Counted from the stretch's first letter, positions 34,366 through 46,000 are shown. The stretch is 64,000 nucleotides of DNA from Hamiltosporidium tvaerminnensis FI-OER-3-3 (GCA_022605425.2 JAKIMF020000001.1:992001-1056000); one strand, 5' to 3'. The notes: generated by a model not told the origin, from the sequence alone. Translations and numbers: made by a program.

Positions 34366-34524
34366 AACAATTGATTTCATAACAATTAATCTGTGTATGA
34401 ACTTGCTATTGAATTATTTGCTGGAAAAAAATAATTGATTTACTTAATTTAAATCTACAATCTTATATCTTATTATTTGCAAACTGAGAAATAAAATTTA
34501 AAATAAAGCACATTTATTAAATCT

Positions 34525-35067
34525 TCATTTTTTATTTAAAAGCATTTCAATACTTTTTTGAAACAAAGATATATCTTCTTTACATTTACTTATCAACTGT
34601 CTACATATTTCGTATTCGATTTTATCAGAATTCATATCAAAATCATTACAAAATAAAAATACCAAATCAATCTTATCTTTGATATTCTGACCAATTAAAT
34701 ATAATCTATTTGCATATTTCTCATGTATTAAACACTTTTCCATCAGATTTGTAATATAATTTTTAATTTCTTTACGTTTTTCTATCATTAAAACCATAAA
34801 ATCTTCCAATAATCTTTTATAAAAATCATTAGAAAATACAGTATTGTTTTCCTCAGAATTTGTATCAGTAGATACCGAAGTATTTCTATACCTATCAGAT
34901 CTCATTTGAAGATATTTGCGAGCTCTCATCTGTGTAGAAAAAGTGTTATCCTTTATTTCAGGCAAATGCCCATTTTTCAAATCTAAAAACGCATATTTTT
35001 GATTTTTATTATTTATATCATCACTGCTAAGTATAAAACTATTTATAAAAAGCAAAAAAATATACAT
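34525..35067 (-). CDS. Hypothetical secreted protein
   Basis: Signal-peptide-like MYIFLLFINSFILSS; 180 aa. Confidence 0.75.
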   Translation of the reverse strand: MYIFLLFINSFILSSDDINNKNQKYAFLDLKNGHLPEIKDNTFSTQMRARKYLQMRSDRYRNTSVSTDTNSEENNTVFSNDFYKRLLEDFMVLMIEKRKEIKNYITNLMEKCLIHEKYANRLYLIGQNIKDKIDLVFLFCNDFDMNSDKIEYEICRQLISKCKEDISLFQKSIEMLLNKK

Positions 35068-35735
35068 TTAATCAAATCAAATTTTTATTATTTTATAAAA
35101 ATATTTTTTTAATTTAATTAATTATAGAATCAAACACATCTAAATTAAACACTAATTTTAAAATTTAAACAGATTAATCTATGTTAGTAAAAAAAATATT
35201 TAAATACATAATTTATATTTTCATTAAATCTTTTTCAGAATGAATTATAGAATCAAAACCTTATTTTAAATTTAAAATAAATTTAATAATTAATTTTATT
35301 TTCTAACGCAATAAGAAATGTTCAATCCAATTAAATTCAAAGTAAAACATCGTAATTTAATTTTTAGTATCTTACAATATTTTTTTAATTTATCAAATAT
35401 ATTTTTCTAATTTTTAAAAATATTCATTATAAAACATACATCTTAAAAAACCTTTTAATTAAAATATAAACTTATTTTAATCTATAAACTTAAAAAAAAT
35501 TCATTTTCTTTACAATGAAATACTTAGATTGATTTAATTTAGATTATAAGAATATATAAAACTACAACTCAATATATCAACTCATAGAAGAATATATAAA
35601 GTGATAAAACCCAAAATATAATAATTATATACTATAACTCTTCTTTAAAAATACCATTAAAATTAATAATGGTTTTAGATACAAAAATATAAAATTAGGA
35701 TTTTAAATATTCCTATCTTGTTTCACCCCCTTTTT

Positions 35736-35856
35736 ATGTAATTTTTATTACATCTAAAGCACCGACAGCAATGTCTCCACCTCTAAGTGGTTCTCTGCAT
35801 TTAATACATCGAGTAGTCTTACAGTAATAAAATGAACCTGAGACTAACCATCTCAC
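35736..35856 (+). ncRNA. Candidate small structured RNA of unknown class
   Basis: GC-elevated island after CCCCC (35726-35730) with four hairpins, including a GNRA-capped GACA-GCAA-TGTC. Confidence 0.3.
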
Positions 35857-36039
35857 TTTATTTAAATTCTTTAGTAACAAAAAACCAACTTTAAAAAACA
35901 AATATAAAGTTACATTCATAAGATTTTGTAGCAATATTTATAGGAGAAAGCAATTGTCTTTTTAAAATATTATGTCAGTTTTAAAACATAAATTTTATTT
36001 TAATAAACATAACTCTTCTTTACAAAAAAGTATTTTCAA

Positions 36040-36112
36040 AAAGGAAACCAACTAAGTAATGAAAAGTAAAAAAGAAAAAAAATATTTTTAACTCTGAATT
36101 TTATTAAATAAA
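36040..36112 (+). mobile_element. Degraded solo 3' terminus of the R4-clade LINE
   Basis: AATATTTTTAACTCTGAATTTTATTAAATAAA resembles the LINE 3' end. Confidence 0.5.
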
Positions 36113-36127
36113 TTTATATTTTTCTAT

Positions 36128-36275
36128 TTAGTAAATTAAAATTACAATAAAAAATTGTTTTAAATATAAGTAAGAATTATTAATCTTATCTTAAGTTTAA
36201 ATTAGTAAAATTACAATAAAAAATTGTTTTAAATATAAGTAAGAATTATTGATCTTATTTTTCTATTTAGTAAAT
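36128..36275. repeat. Tandem duplication, ~70 bp
   Basis: TAAAATTACAATAAAAAATTGTTTTAAATATAAGTAAGAATTATT occurs twice. Confidence 0.85.
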
Positions 36276-36621
36276 ATTCTCTAATTATTTACAATATTAG
36301 AGCTACTAATCATTTGTATACAATTATAAGTATATTACTTAAATATTTATTACCTTACTTAGTAATACAATTATTATAATTCAATCTATTAACTGTACTT
36401 CGATTATTACTAAATATTCTTGATTGTAAATAAATTTATCTTTTTTTACAAAGAATCAATAAATATTGATTTAAGAAAATATAAATTAATCAACTAACCA
36501 TGTCTTATAAGTAATGATCAATATAATTCTTATAAATAAATTTAGAAATATTATTCTTTAAAATATTATGTTTTGAAAAAAGGTTTTTGGTTCAAAAATA
36601 TTATGTCATATAATTCACTTA

Positions 36622-36960
36622 CTAATATAATACTCTTTCTAATATAATTCTCTTTCTAATATAATTCTCTTTCTAATATTATATATTACAAATACCATCT
36701 TTAATAATACACTTTCTAATATAATTCTCTTTCTAATATAATTCTCTTTCTAATATTATATATTACAAATACCATCTTTAATAATACACTTTCTAATATA
36801 ATTTCTAATATAATTCTCTTTCTAATATTATATATTACAAATACCATTTTAATAATACACTTTCTAATATAATTTCTAATATAATTCTCTTTCTAATATT
36901 ATCTCTTACAAATACCATCTTTAATAATACACTTTCTAATATAATTCTTCTAATATAAAT
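36622..36960. repeat. Higher-order minisatellite upstream of SEC18
   Basis: 17-bp TAATATAATTCTCTTTC subunits alternating with TTACAAATACCATCTTTAATAATACACTTTC (x4), period ~70-78 bp. Confidence 0.9.
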
Positions 36961-37086
36961 ACTCTTATAAATAATATCGCTTATAATTCCCTTTCTATAT
37001 ACTGAGTCTTACAAATATTATGTCTTTCTATGATAATATTATAAATACCTTATAATAAGTACTTATTCATCTGTAAACATTACCCC

Positions 37087-39139
37087 ATGAATTATCGTAT
37101 AACACAATTAACAAACATATCTATGGGAAAGATAAACCAAGTATATTTGCCGCCAAGTTCAAAATTGGAAATAACAAATATTTCTACCGAATATTTTTTA
37201 ATAATTGATAAGAACAAAATATTCGCATTTAATTTTAACGATGAGATACCACGGGGATGTATAGCTCTAAATAAGATACAAAGAGAATATTTAAACAAAT
37301 CTTTACATAGTGACAGTGTAAATGTAGATATAATTAGAAAAAGTGCATTATCTCCTATTTCTTTGTTACGATTGAGTGTAGAAATTATAAATAAAGATAA
37401 TCGAGAGATTGAAAGAAATAAATTTGTAGAAATTTTTAAAAATATGTATTTAAATTTTCCATTTAATAAAAATCAGTGTTTCTATTTTTATGAAGAGTAT
37501 TATGGATACAAAGTGACTGTTAGTGAGATACTAACTGTGGGTGAGAAAGATTATGGGGTTTTGTTGGGTGGAACGAATGTATATGTTGTTTCTTCTGGGG
37601 ACAGGCTTACTTTTATAGGAAATTGTGGGGATAATTTATTGTTAAAACCGGATTTTAATTTTGAATCTTTGGGAATTGGCGGATTGAAAAAAGAATTTGG
37701 AATTATGTTTAGAAGAGCGTTTGTTCAAAGAGTTTTTACGCCAGAAATAATACAGAGATTGGGTATACAGCATGTAAAAGGTATAATGTTGTATGGACCG
37801 CCTGGTACTGGAAAAACACTAATTGCAAGACAAATCGGATCTTTGTTAAATGCCAGACCACCAAAAATTGTAAATGGACCTGAAATATTGAATAAATACG
37901 TGGGACAAAGTGAAGAGAATATTCGAAACCTTTTTTTGGATGCAGAAGAAGAATACAAAAAGAAAAAAGAGAAAAGTTCGTTACATATAATAATATTTGA
38001 TGAGATAGATGCAATATGTAAATCGAGAGGTACATCTGGTAGTTCAGGTATTGGAGATCAAGTAGTAAATCAGCTTTTAAGTAAAATGGACGGAGTAGAA
38101 TCTCTTGACAATGTTCTAATTATTGGAATGACCAACAGATTAGATTTAATAGATAAAGCACTTCTCAGACCAGGAAGATTCGAAATTCATATTGAAATTT
38201 CTCTTCCAGATGAAGAATCGAGATATGAAATATTTAAAATTCATACAAAACAAATGGAAAAATCAGATTTTTTAGAAACGGATGTAAATTTACATGAATT
38301 AGGCAAAAGTAACTAGAAATTACACAGGAGCAGAAATAACTGCGTTGGTAAAAAGTGCAGTGTCGTATGCCTTGGAAAGAAAAGTTCATGAAGAAAAAAA
38401 AGATGAAAATATAAAAATCGTAGGAGAAAATAACATCAAAGTAACGATGACCGATTTTATGATGGCACTGGAAGAAGTAAAACCAGCTTTTGGTGTCAAC
38501 GAAGAAGAGTTTTCTTCGTTTAAAAAAGTTTATTACGAATTGCCTTCTTTTACAGCGGCAACAGAGATTGGTTCTAGTTTTCTCACCAAAGTAAAAACCA
38601 CCAATCTTTACAATACCTCTTCACTTTTATATTTTGGATCTCCTGGGTCTGGAAAGACCACAATAGCAGTTCGAGTAGCTTTAAATTCTGGTTTTCCATT
38701 TATAAAAGTTATATCACCTAAAGACATGGTAGGATTAAACGAATATGAAAAAGTAAATTTTATTAAAGACAAATTCTATGATGCTTACAAATCAGAATAC
38801 TCAATAATACTTCTCGATGATATAGAAGGACTTATAGACTTTGTTGGAATCGGACCAAGATTTTCCAATTCAATTTTACAAGCAATAAAAATTTTTATAA
38901 AAACCGAAGCAAAAAACAGATTATTTGTATTTGGAACAGCAAGTAGTATTGAAGTAGTTCGAGAATGCGGTATTTATGACTGTTTTTATGGTCATTGTGA
39001 AATTAAAGATGTAGATTTTGATGACTTTGAAAGACTTTCATTACAAAATAAAGATTTTTCTAAAATACGATTTGAAGGAAATTGTCCGATAAAGAAATTA
39101 TTAAGTTTACTTGAATTTCCAGATATTTCAAATGAGTGA
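37087..39139 (+). CDS. SEC18: Vesicle-fusing ATPase NSF/Sec18, split by a one-base insertion near 38302
   Basis: FRRAF, GIMLYGPPGTGKT, PKIVNGPEILNKYVGQSEENIR, LLRPGRFE; D2 GSPGSGKT and IGPRFSN; removing one base restores EL(A/G)KVTRNYTGAEI. Confidence 0.95.
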
Positions 39140-39568
39140 AAGATATTTTTTTTTATTAAAACAAATTATTGTTTGATAAATTTATATTTTTTTTATTTAA
39201 GTTTTAAGTTTATAAAATACAAAGAAAATAATTTTTAGTAAATTATTTTCATTTTTCATAGTTAAGTTTTAAGTTTATAAAGCAAAAGAAATATTTTCTG
39301 ATAAATTTATATTTTTTATAGTTAAGTTTTAATCTCATGTTCTTAAAAAGAAAAGAAATATTTTTTGATAAATTTATATTTTTATATTTGATTTCATGTT
39401 CATACAAAATATTTTTTTAGGAATTCAAACTAAGTAAGATAAAAATTTATTTTTTTAAATTGATAAAATATATTTTGCATTTAAATTTATATTCATACAC
39501 AATAAATTTTTATGAAAACAATTTTTTAATTAACTTTTTTAAGAAAAAGACTAAAAATGATTAAAAAA

Positions 39569-39639
39569 GGGCAGCACCAGGATTCGAACCCGGATTACCA
39601 GCACCCGAAGCAGGCGTCTTGCCATTGGACTATGCCGCC
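39569..39639 (-). tRNA. tRNA-Pro, anticodon CGG
   Basis: GGCGGCATAGTCCAATGGCAAGACGCCTGCTTCGGGTGCTGGTAATCCGGGTTCGAATCCTGGTGCTGCCC folds as a cloverleaf; followed by a T6 Pol III terminator. Confidence 0.93.
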
Positions 39640-39808
39640 TCGAAGGGAAATGCACTACAAGAAAATAAATCCGTAAAATAGAGAATTCTTCTCCTAGGAA
39701 AGCCAATATTTCTCGAATTTTTCTGACCAAAATCAGTGCAAACTTACATTTCTTCTACAAACAAATCTCTTTTCTCTTTCTAAGTATAGATACAATAATA
39801 TAAAGATA

Positions 39809-40605
39809 TTATTACATATTCTTCTCAGATATAATATTCTTTCTATTTCTACATTAACAATACAATGGATATAATTTTTATTTGATTCTTTATAACAAAA
39901 ATATTTTTTCTATTTTTACAGTAATTGGATCATCTTTAAATATAGAAATAATATTTACAAATTTTTTGTTACAAATTTTTTCAATAACTTTCTGTGTTCC
40001 TTTTGGAAATTTATACAATTTAATATTATAATGACGAGCAAATAGAGGAAGGTGTTGGAATATAAAAGTGTGCTGTATATCATCTTGACACACAAATATA
40101 TACGATACTCTCTTACCATGTATATCCTCATATATATTCATTAGCTGGTTATATGTAGTTAAATACGAATTTGAATCTTTTAAAATGTTCAATATTTTAT
40201 CTGATTGTTCTTTTTCTAACTTTTTTATATCAAAAATGTCAGATTCTAATGTTTGTTTCATTTACGGTTGAAAATATATTACAACGGCTTTTTTTAAAAA
40301 ATATTTTAAAAAATTAAATTGAAGGAATGATTTTAAAATAGGTTTTCTAGAGAGTGATATACGAATGTATAAGTAAAATGTTTGGATTTTTAAGGATAGA
40401 ATGCAACTAGATGAGATAAGTTTTTTTCTGTAATGATAAACAGAAAAGAGGATTAGAGGCACCTTTATGGTACATAATCTCTTCTAAGAGAAAAAATTAA
40501 AATTACGCTTAAATTTATATTTATAACTATAATCATAACTTACTAACATTTTCATACACTGACCATAACTTAAATTAAAATATAATATAATAATAAATTT
40601 AAATA
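39809..40605. repeat. Left copy of an ~800-bp direct repeat flanking the R4 LINE
   Basis: Colinear with 44381-45212 up to the LINE ATG. Confidence 0.9.
39890..40261 (-). CDS. L7Ae-fold protein, Pop3/Rpp38-like (RNase P/MRP subunit candidate), copy A
   Basis: VSYIFVCQDD..FQHLPLFA..IKLYKFPKGTQ..I resembles the Pop3 pattern VFVC..D..H.P..VKL..LPKG. Confidence 0.65.
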   Translation of the reverse strand: MKQTLESDIFDIKKLEKEQSDKILNILKDSNSYLTTYNQLMNIYEDIHGKRVSYIFVCQDDIQHTFIFQHLPLFARHYNIKLYKFPKGTQKVIEKICNKKFVNIISIFKDDPITVKIEKIFLL

Positions 40606-43600
40606 ATGGGTAGAAGGAATAAAGTAGACAGCGAAAATATAAAAAATGAAAAAATAAAGGCTGTAAACAACTTGAAGAACAGCGCAGGAGAGATTTTGAT
40701 GTATGATATAGATGTAGCAATGTTATCCGAGGGACTTCCACCTCAACCGACCTTCCATAACACCACCCACCAACCACCAAGCAGTAGTTGCCAGACTAGT
40801 CCAGTCTGCTTGGTTGACACCATACCCTCGTCTTCTGGTACCGATGCCACTGCGTGTGAACCAGCCAACGGCATGAAAAACCTTAATACAGGTGCCATTC
40901 TAGAAGGAAATCGACTGATGGTATTGCACTCAATACTTGACTCTGTCACAGCCGTAGAGCAGAAATAGCCTAGAGCTGCTATTCTAGCAGTGCAAAAGAG
41001 GTTTGAGAGAATGCCCAGAAATGGCTGGCCTGCAACTCTGGTAATAAAATGAAAATTTTGGCTCGCATTAAATATCGATGCGTTTAAAAAATTCGCACAA
41101 AATGAGGCAGAAAGAGAAATAAGGCAAGAAGAGAATGGAGAGCGACGTAGAATCGCCACTTGTCTCACTGACCCATGCACCCTGACTGACACACGGAGTA
41201 CATAAACCTGAGAGATGAATTCTTGAGTAAAATCAAAGAAATCTCAATGAAGGAAATTGGAAAAGTGGTGGTCCGAACTAGAAAACATCCAAATAAATTG
41301 GTTGATAGTAAAGTTCTGGATCTCATTAATCGAGTAGTCGGTGAATATGCAGGAGCTCATGTTCCTGAGTCAATTACGGAAGCCGCGTATATCATGCAAG
41401 CTGCGCAGGTATGCTATGACGAGGCAACACGCAAAGAAAAGCCTAGATCCGCTTGGAAGGAAAACATAGAAAGTAAAATTTCTAAGTTAGTACTTTCAAA
41501 AGATCTTCTCGATAAGACTCGTAAGCAGGAAAAGCTCTCCACTTCGGAAACGAAGAGCCTTAACAAAATCACGCGAGAGTTTAATTTAAACTTGAGCAGT
41601 GTAACTGATCTTTCTGTGGCTTTAGTTAAGAAGAATGAGTCTTTGAATGTTTACGAGAAAAAAAATTCGAAGCATGAAAGTAAAAGCAATTCCGAAAAGA
41701 GAATCATATGTTTGAGTTATTCCAGGTCGATTTTATCGTGGGTTATCTGAGCGTGTGGAATCCGAGCATGTGGTCAGTCGTGATGAAATTGTGAGTTTTT
41801 GGTCTACAATGTGGAACAAAAATGATGACACAGTCACGTACGATGATTATTTGATTCCATTTGTATCAGATAATCATCCGACCACGTTTCCTTCACTTGA
41901 TGAATTTGTGAATATCATTAATTGGCTTCCCAATTGGAAAGCTGCTGGAATTGATGGTATTTACGATTTTTTCATTAAGAAACTTACAACTCTTCACAAA
42001 TATATTTATGATATTGTGAAAGTTATATGTTTAGAAGAAACAACTCAAGCTGATTGGTTTTACTGCGGGCTTACGTATTTAATATCCAAAGGAATTCTAC
42101 AAAGTGGCTCTGACTACAGGCCAATCACTTGTATGTCCAACTCTATAAGTTAACGACAAAGTGTGTAACAAAGGTCGTTCAAATTGAAGTGGAAAGGCGA
42201 GGGTTGCTTGCGGAGAACCAGTTTGGAGCAGTTAGAGGTGTGCAGGGAGCGAAAGAGCAGGCTCTACTGAATATTGCCTTAAATAAAGAGTATGGAAATA
42301 ATCTTAAGGCAACATGGATTGATGTTAAAAAAGCTTATGAAGCAATAGACCATGCTTACTTGACTCAATGCATTGGAAACCTTAATTTACCGGATTTTAT
42401 TCTGAAATTTATTGAGATAATTATATCAAAATGGAAAATTGATATATCACTAGGGCCTGAAAAAATCATGAGCAAGAAGATTGAGAGAGAGATTCTGCAA
42501 GGGGATAGTTTGTCACCATTGTTATTTGTTTTGTGTATGGATCCATTAAGCCGAAAGCTTAATGAAAAATACACAAAAGTGACGGTACAAACAGACGCAG
42601 AATCCCATTCTACTAATCATCTCTTGTTTATTGATGATCTAAAGCTCCTTGCTAAAGACAGTTCGACATTGAGTGCTATGATAGACGAGGGAAAAGATTT
42701 TTTGAAGGTGATTGGGTTAGAAATTAACAAAGAGAAGTCAGCCACAAATGATACGTTTTTCTAAGATACTGCTACTTTTCTAGAAGGTGTTAGTGTTTAC
42801 AAATATTTAGGAATAATAGAAGATAGCAGAGAAATTCCAACCGTAGCACAATCGATGAAATAGAAAGCAAGCTGATATCAAGAGTTGAAAGACTTTGTCA
42901 CACTAGATTAAATGCAAAAAATTTATTTTCTGCAATCAATAAACATGCGATATGGTTGATCAACTATCACATAGGAGTTCTTCGACTTGAACCGGCTGAC
43001 TTCTTTAAGTTAGATCATGCAGTGCGTGCGGTGTTGGTTAAGAATAAGGTACATCTTCGCCCAGGATGTAAAGAGCGTTTGTACCTTTCTAGAACAGAAC
43101 TTGGAAGAGGCCTACATAGTGTTGAGTTGCGAAGCGAACATATGCTTCTGCAACTCTTGGATTGTCTGGAAAAAAGTAAAGAAATATCAACTAGACGAGC
43201 AGCAATCCTCAAGGTGGAGAATAATAAAACCCATCTTGCACTAATAAAAGGCTTCTTAAAAGTAAAGTACAGGTTGGTAGAAGAAGTCACTAAGAAAAGT
43301 TTAGAAGAAGCTCAACTTGCAAAACTATATAACGAAATTGAAAAATAAAGACTTCATTCGAAGTTATATAAGACAAGAAAAAATGAGTTTGGAAGTGTTA
43401 GTGCTTTTCTAGATGGCCAAAGAATGGGAACATTAGGTCACGTATTGACGCAGTGTTGGATCATATCCAGGATAGAAATGTATTCTGGGGAGCAGATGGT
43501 ATGTGCCAACATTGCAATAAATCTGGTAAGACTGAAAATCGGATAGCAACTCGATGTTAAAAAATGCTAGCCATGCTACACCAGACGGCAAAATGAATGA

Positions 43601-44380
43601 GTAAGAGGCGTGGACTTACTCCTACTAAATAGATATGATTTCAAGTTTTCAAAACGAATTAGAAGTCATTCAGTTGCAGAAATTCTTGATAATGAGTATA
43701 AAGAGGTAAGAGAGGAGACCAAAATAAAAAATGAGGTCAGGATTCGAAATAATAGACCGGACATATTTATTTTAGATAAGAAGAAGAATAAGATAACACT
43801 CATTGAAGTAGGAATCACCTCCCAAGATTCACTTCAAATAGTTGAAACTGAAAAACTTAGGAAGTATGACCTGCTAGCCAATGACTTGGGCCTTATTTAT
43901 AAGTGTAGTGTTGAGAATATCCACTTATGTGATGACCTGGGACGGTATTGTGACAAAATACAATAAATCTCATCTTAAAAGACTAGAAATACCCATGAAT
44001 GTAGAGGCATACATTCAGTCTATAGTAATTAAGAAGACTGTCAAAACAATTTCCTTTGATCGACGAAGAGGACTTGAGTCAGGACTAAATGCCGAAGAGA
44101 GCTAGGAGAGTGCGTCAATGGGTGTTATTATGAGAGCAGAGCTGCATGAGGAATTTAAACCTTATTTAAAAGAAGAGAAGAGATGGAAGATGGTGCAAAA
44201 AATTTTAAACCGAAAAATAAAGCAACCCTTATTTCACAAGGAGGAACCACTTTAGAGGAACCGACCAATAACATAAATGAAGAGTCGGATTTGGAAGAAG
44301 AGACAGAAGTGGTTAAAGAGGTAAATGAAAACATATAAAAAATTGTAAAAATATTTTGACCCAGAATTTTATTAAATAAA
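40606..44380 (+). mobile_element. Full-length R4/Dong-clade LINE, inactivated, with a different 5' end from the 21738 copy
   Basis: Same RT/CCHC/RLE motifs; highly similar to copy 1 from ~41130 onward; ends CCCAGAATTTTATTAAATAAA; no short TSD seen. Confidence 0.95.
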
Positions 44381-45212
44381 TTATCACATATTCTTCTCAA
44401 ATATAATATTCATTCTATTTCTACATTAGGAATAAAATGGATAAAAGTTTTATTTGATTCGTTACAAGCGAAACATTTTTTTTATTTCTACAGTAATTGG
44501 ATCATCTTCAAATGTAGCAATAATGTTTACATTGGTTTTTTTATTACAAATTTTTTTAATATCTTTTGACGTTCCTTTTGGAAATTTATACAATTCAATA
44601 TTATTACGAAGAGCAAATTCACGAACGCTTTGGAATAAAACACAGTGGTCGATATTATCTTGAAATATAAATACATAAGATACTCTTCTCATACTATTTC
44701 TATCTATATATAAATTGTATAGCGGGGGTTCATATATCCTCAGAAGCTCGTTATCGTGTGTTAAATACGAATTTGAATCTTTTAAAATGTTCAATATTTT
44801 ATCTGTTTGTTCTTTTTTTATAGGTTTGCAATCAAAAAAGTAAGATTCTACTGCTCGGTTCATTTACGGTTAAAAATATTCAAGGGCTTTTTTTAAAAAA
44901 TATTTTAAAAAATTAAATTGAAGGAATGATTTTATAGATGGGGTTTCTAGAAAGAGATATACATATGTATAAGTAAATAGTTTGGATTTTTAAGGATAGA
45001 ATACAATTAGATGAGATAAGTTTTTTTCTGTAATGATAAACAGAAAAGAGGAGTAGAGGCACTTTTATGGTATATAATCTCCTTTAAGAGCAAAAATTTA
45101 AAATTACGCTTAAATTTATATTTATAACTTTACAACCCTAACTTACTAACATTTTCATACACTAACCATAACTTAAATTAAAATATAATATAATATAATA
45201 ATGAATTTAAGA
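44381..45212. repeat. Right copy of the ~800-bp direct repeat
   Basis: Begins immediately after the LINE 3' end; colinear with 39809-40605. Confidence 0.9.
44462..44863 (-). CDS. L7Ae/Pop3-like protein, diverged paralog (copy B)
   Basis: Intact 133-aa ORF aligning end to end with copy A; ~10-aa insertion; HLP replaced by SVR. Confidence 0.7.
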   Translation of the reverse strand: MNRAVESYFFDCKPIKKEQTDKILNILKDSNSYLTHDNELLRIYEPPLYNLYIDRNSMRRVSYVFIFQDNIDHCVLFQSVREFALRNNIELYKFPKGTSKDIKKICNKKTNVNIIATFEDDPITVEIKKMFRL

Positions 45213-45242
45213 AAATAATATTTTAAACAGCTTTATTAAGAG

Positions 45243-46000
45243 CTAAACAATCTTGAAATTACAACACATAATCCATTTTTTCTTTTCCAAAGGCAAATAA
45301 TAAAAGTAACCAATTTTTTCTTCTATTCGCCATAGATTTGGAATAAACTTTTTAAATATAGACCAATTTTTCTCAATCTTTTTGGTATGAACACCGGAGA
45401 TTCGATCAATAAATCTGTGCGAGTGATTTGCTGTTTTGTAATCAAAATAATTTTTCAAATCATCATAACCTTTCCGACAGTTTGTATAGATTATACTACC
45501 TGGCTTAAAAAATTGTAATATTATACGGGTAAATGTTTTTTTTGTTCTATCAGATATAAGCATCAACATTATTTTACGAGCTGATGTTCTTTAAGCTAAA
45601 CGTAAAACCCAAATACCTTCAACTATATCCCTTCTGTTTTATTCCCGTTAAAATTTAGATTTAACAATTTCAGCAATGAATTCATTGCCTCCAATATATA
45701 TTACTTGGTTACAATCAAATTACTTTTGGCTTTATCATTCATTTTTTTAACTACTTCCTTTAATCCCTTTTTCGAATATTCCAATCAGAAGATATTGTTC
45801 TCATTTGGGTGTTATGAAGTAAACTACAAACAATTTGTAAAAGATTTTGAGACTTTTTTTATAGTTCTAAAGCAAGGTACCTTTAAAGTCAGAAATTTTC
45901 TTTTTTACATGTAGACCATGTACAACTTAAAAAGAATGATGATTTTGACACGAACCTTGTTAAAGAAATACATGTACTGCATTTTGGTGCTAAAACAGTT
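45243..46000 (-). mobile_element. Merlin / IS1595 (ISXO2-like) DDE transposase remnant
   Basis: PGSIIYTNCRKGYDDL..KTANHSHRF..SGVHT..IE.NWS; decayed GG..EI..SKF..EGIWV upstream. Confidence 0.85.

Noticed and set aside
35810-35850. Group I intron P7-like GACTA/TAGTC
   Set aside because: Elements are in the wrong order on both strands; no P/Q elements
35734-35934. 66-aa minus-strand ORF containing cysteines
   Set aside because: TTG start, no recognisable family; island better explained by RNA structure or chance
36622-36960. CRISPR-like periodicity
   Set aside because: Intervening sequences are themselves repeated; eukaryotic context; no cas genes
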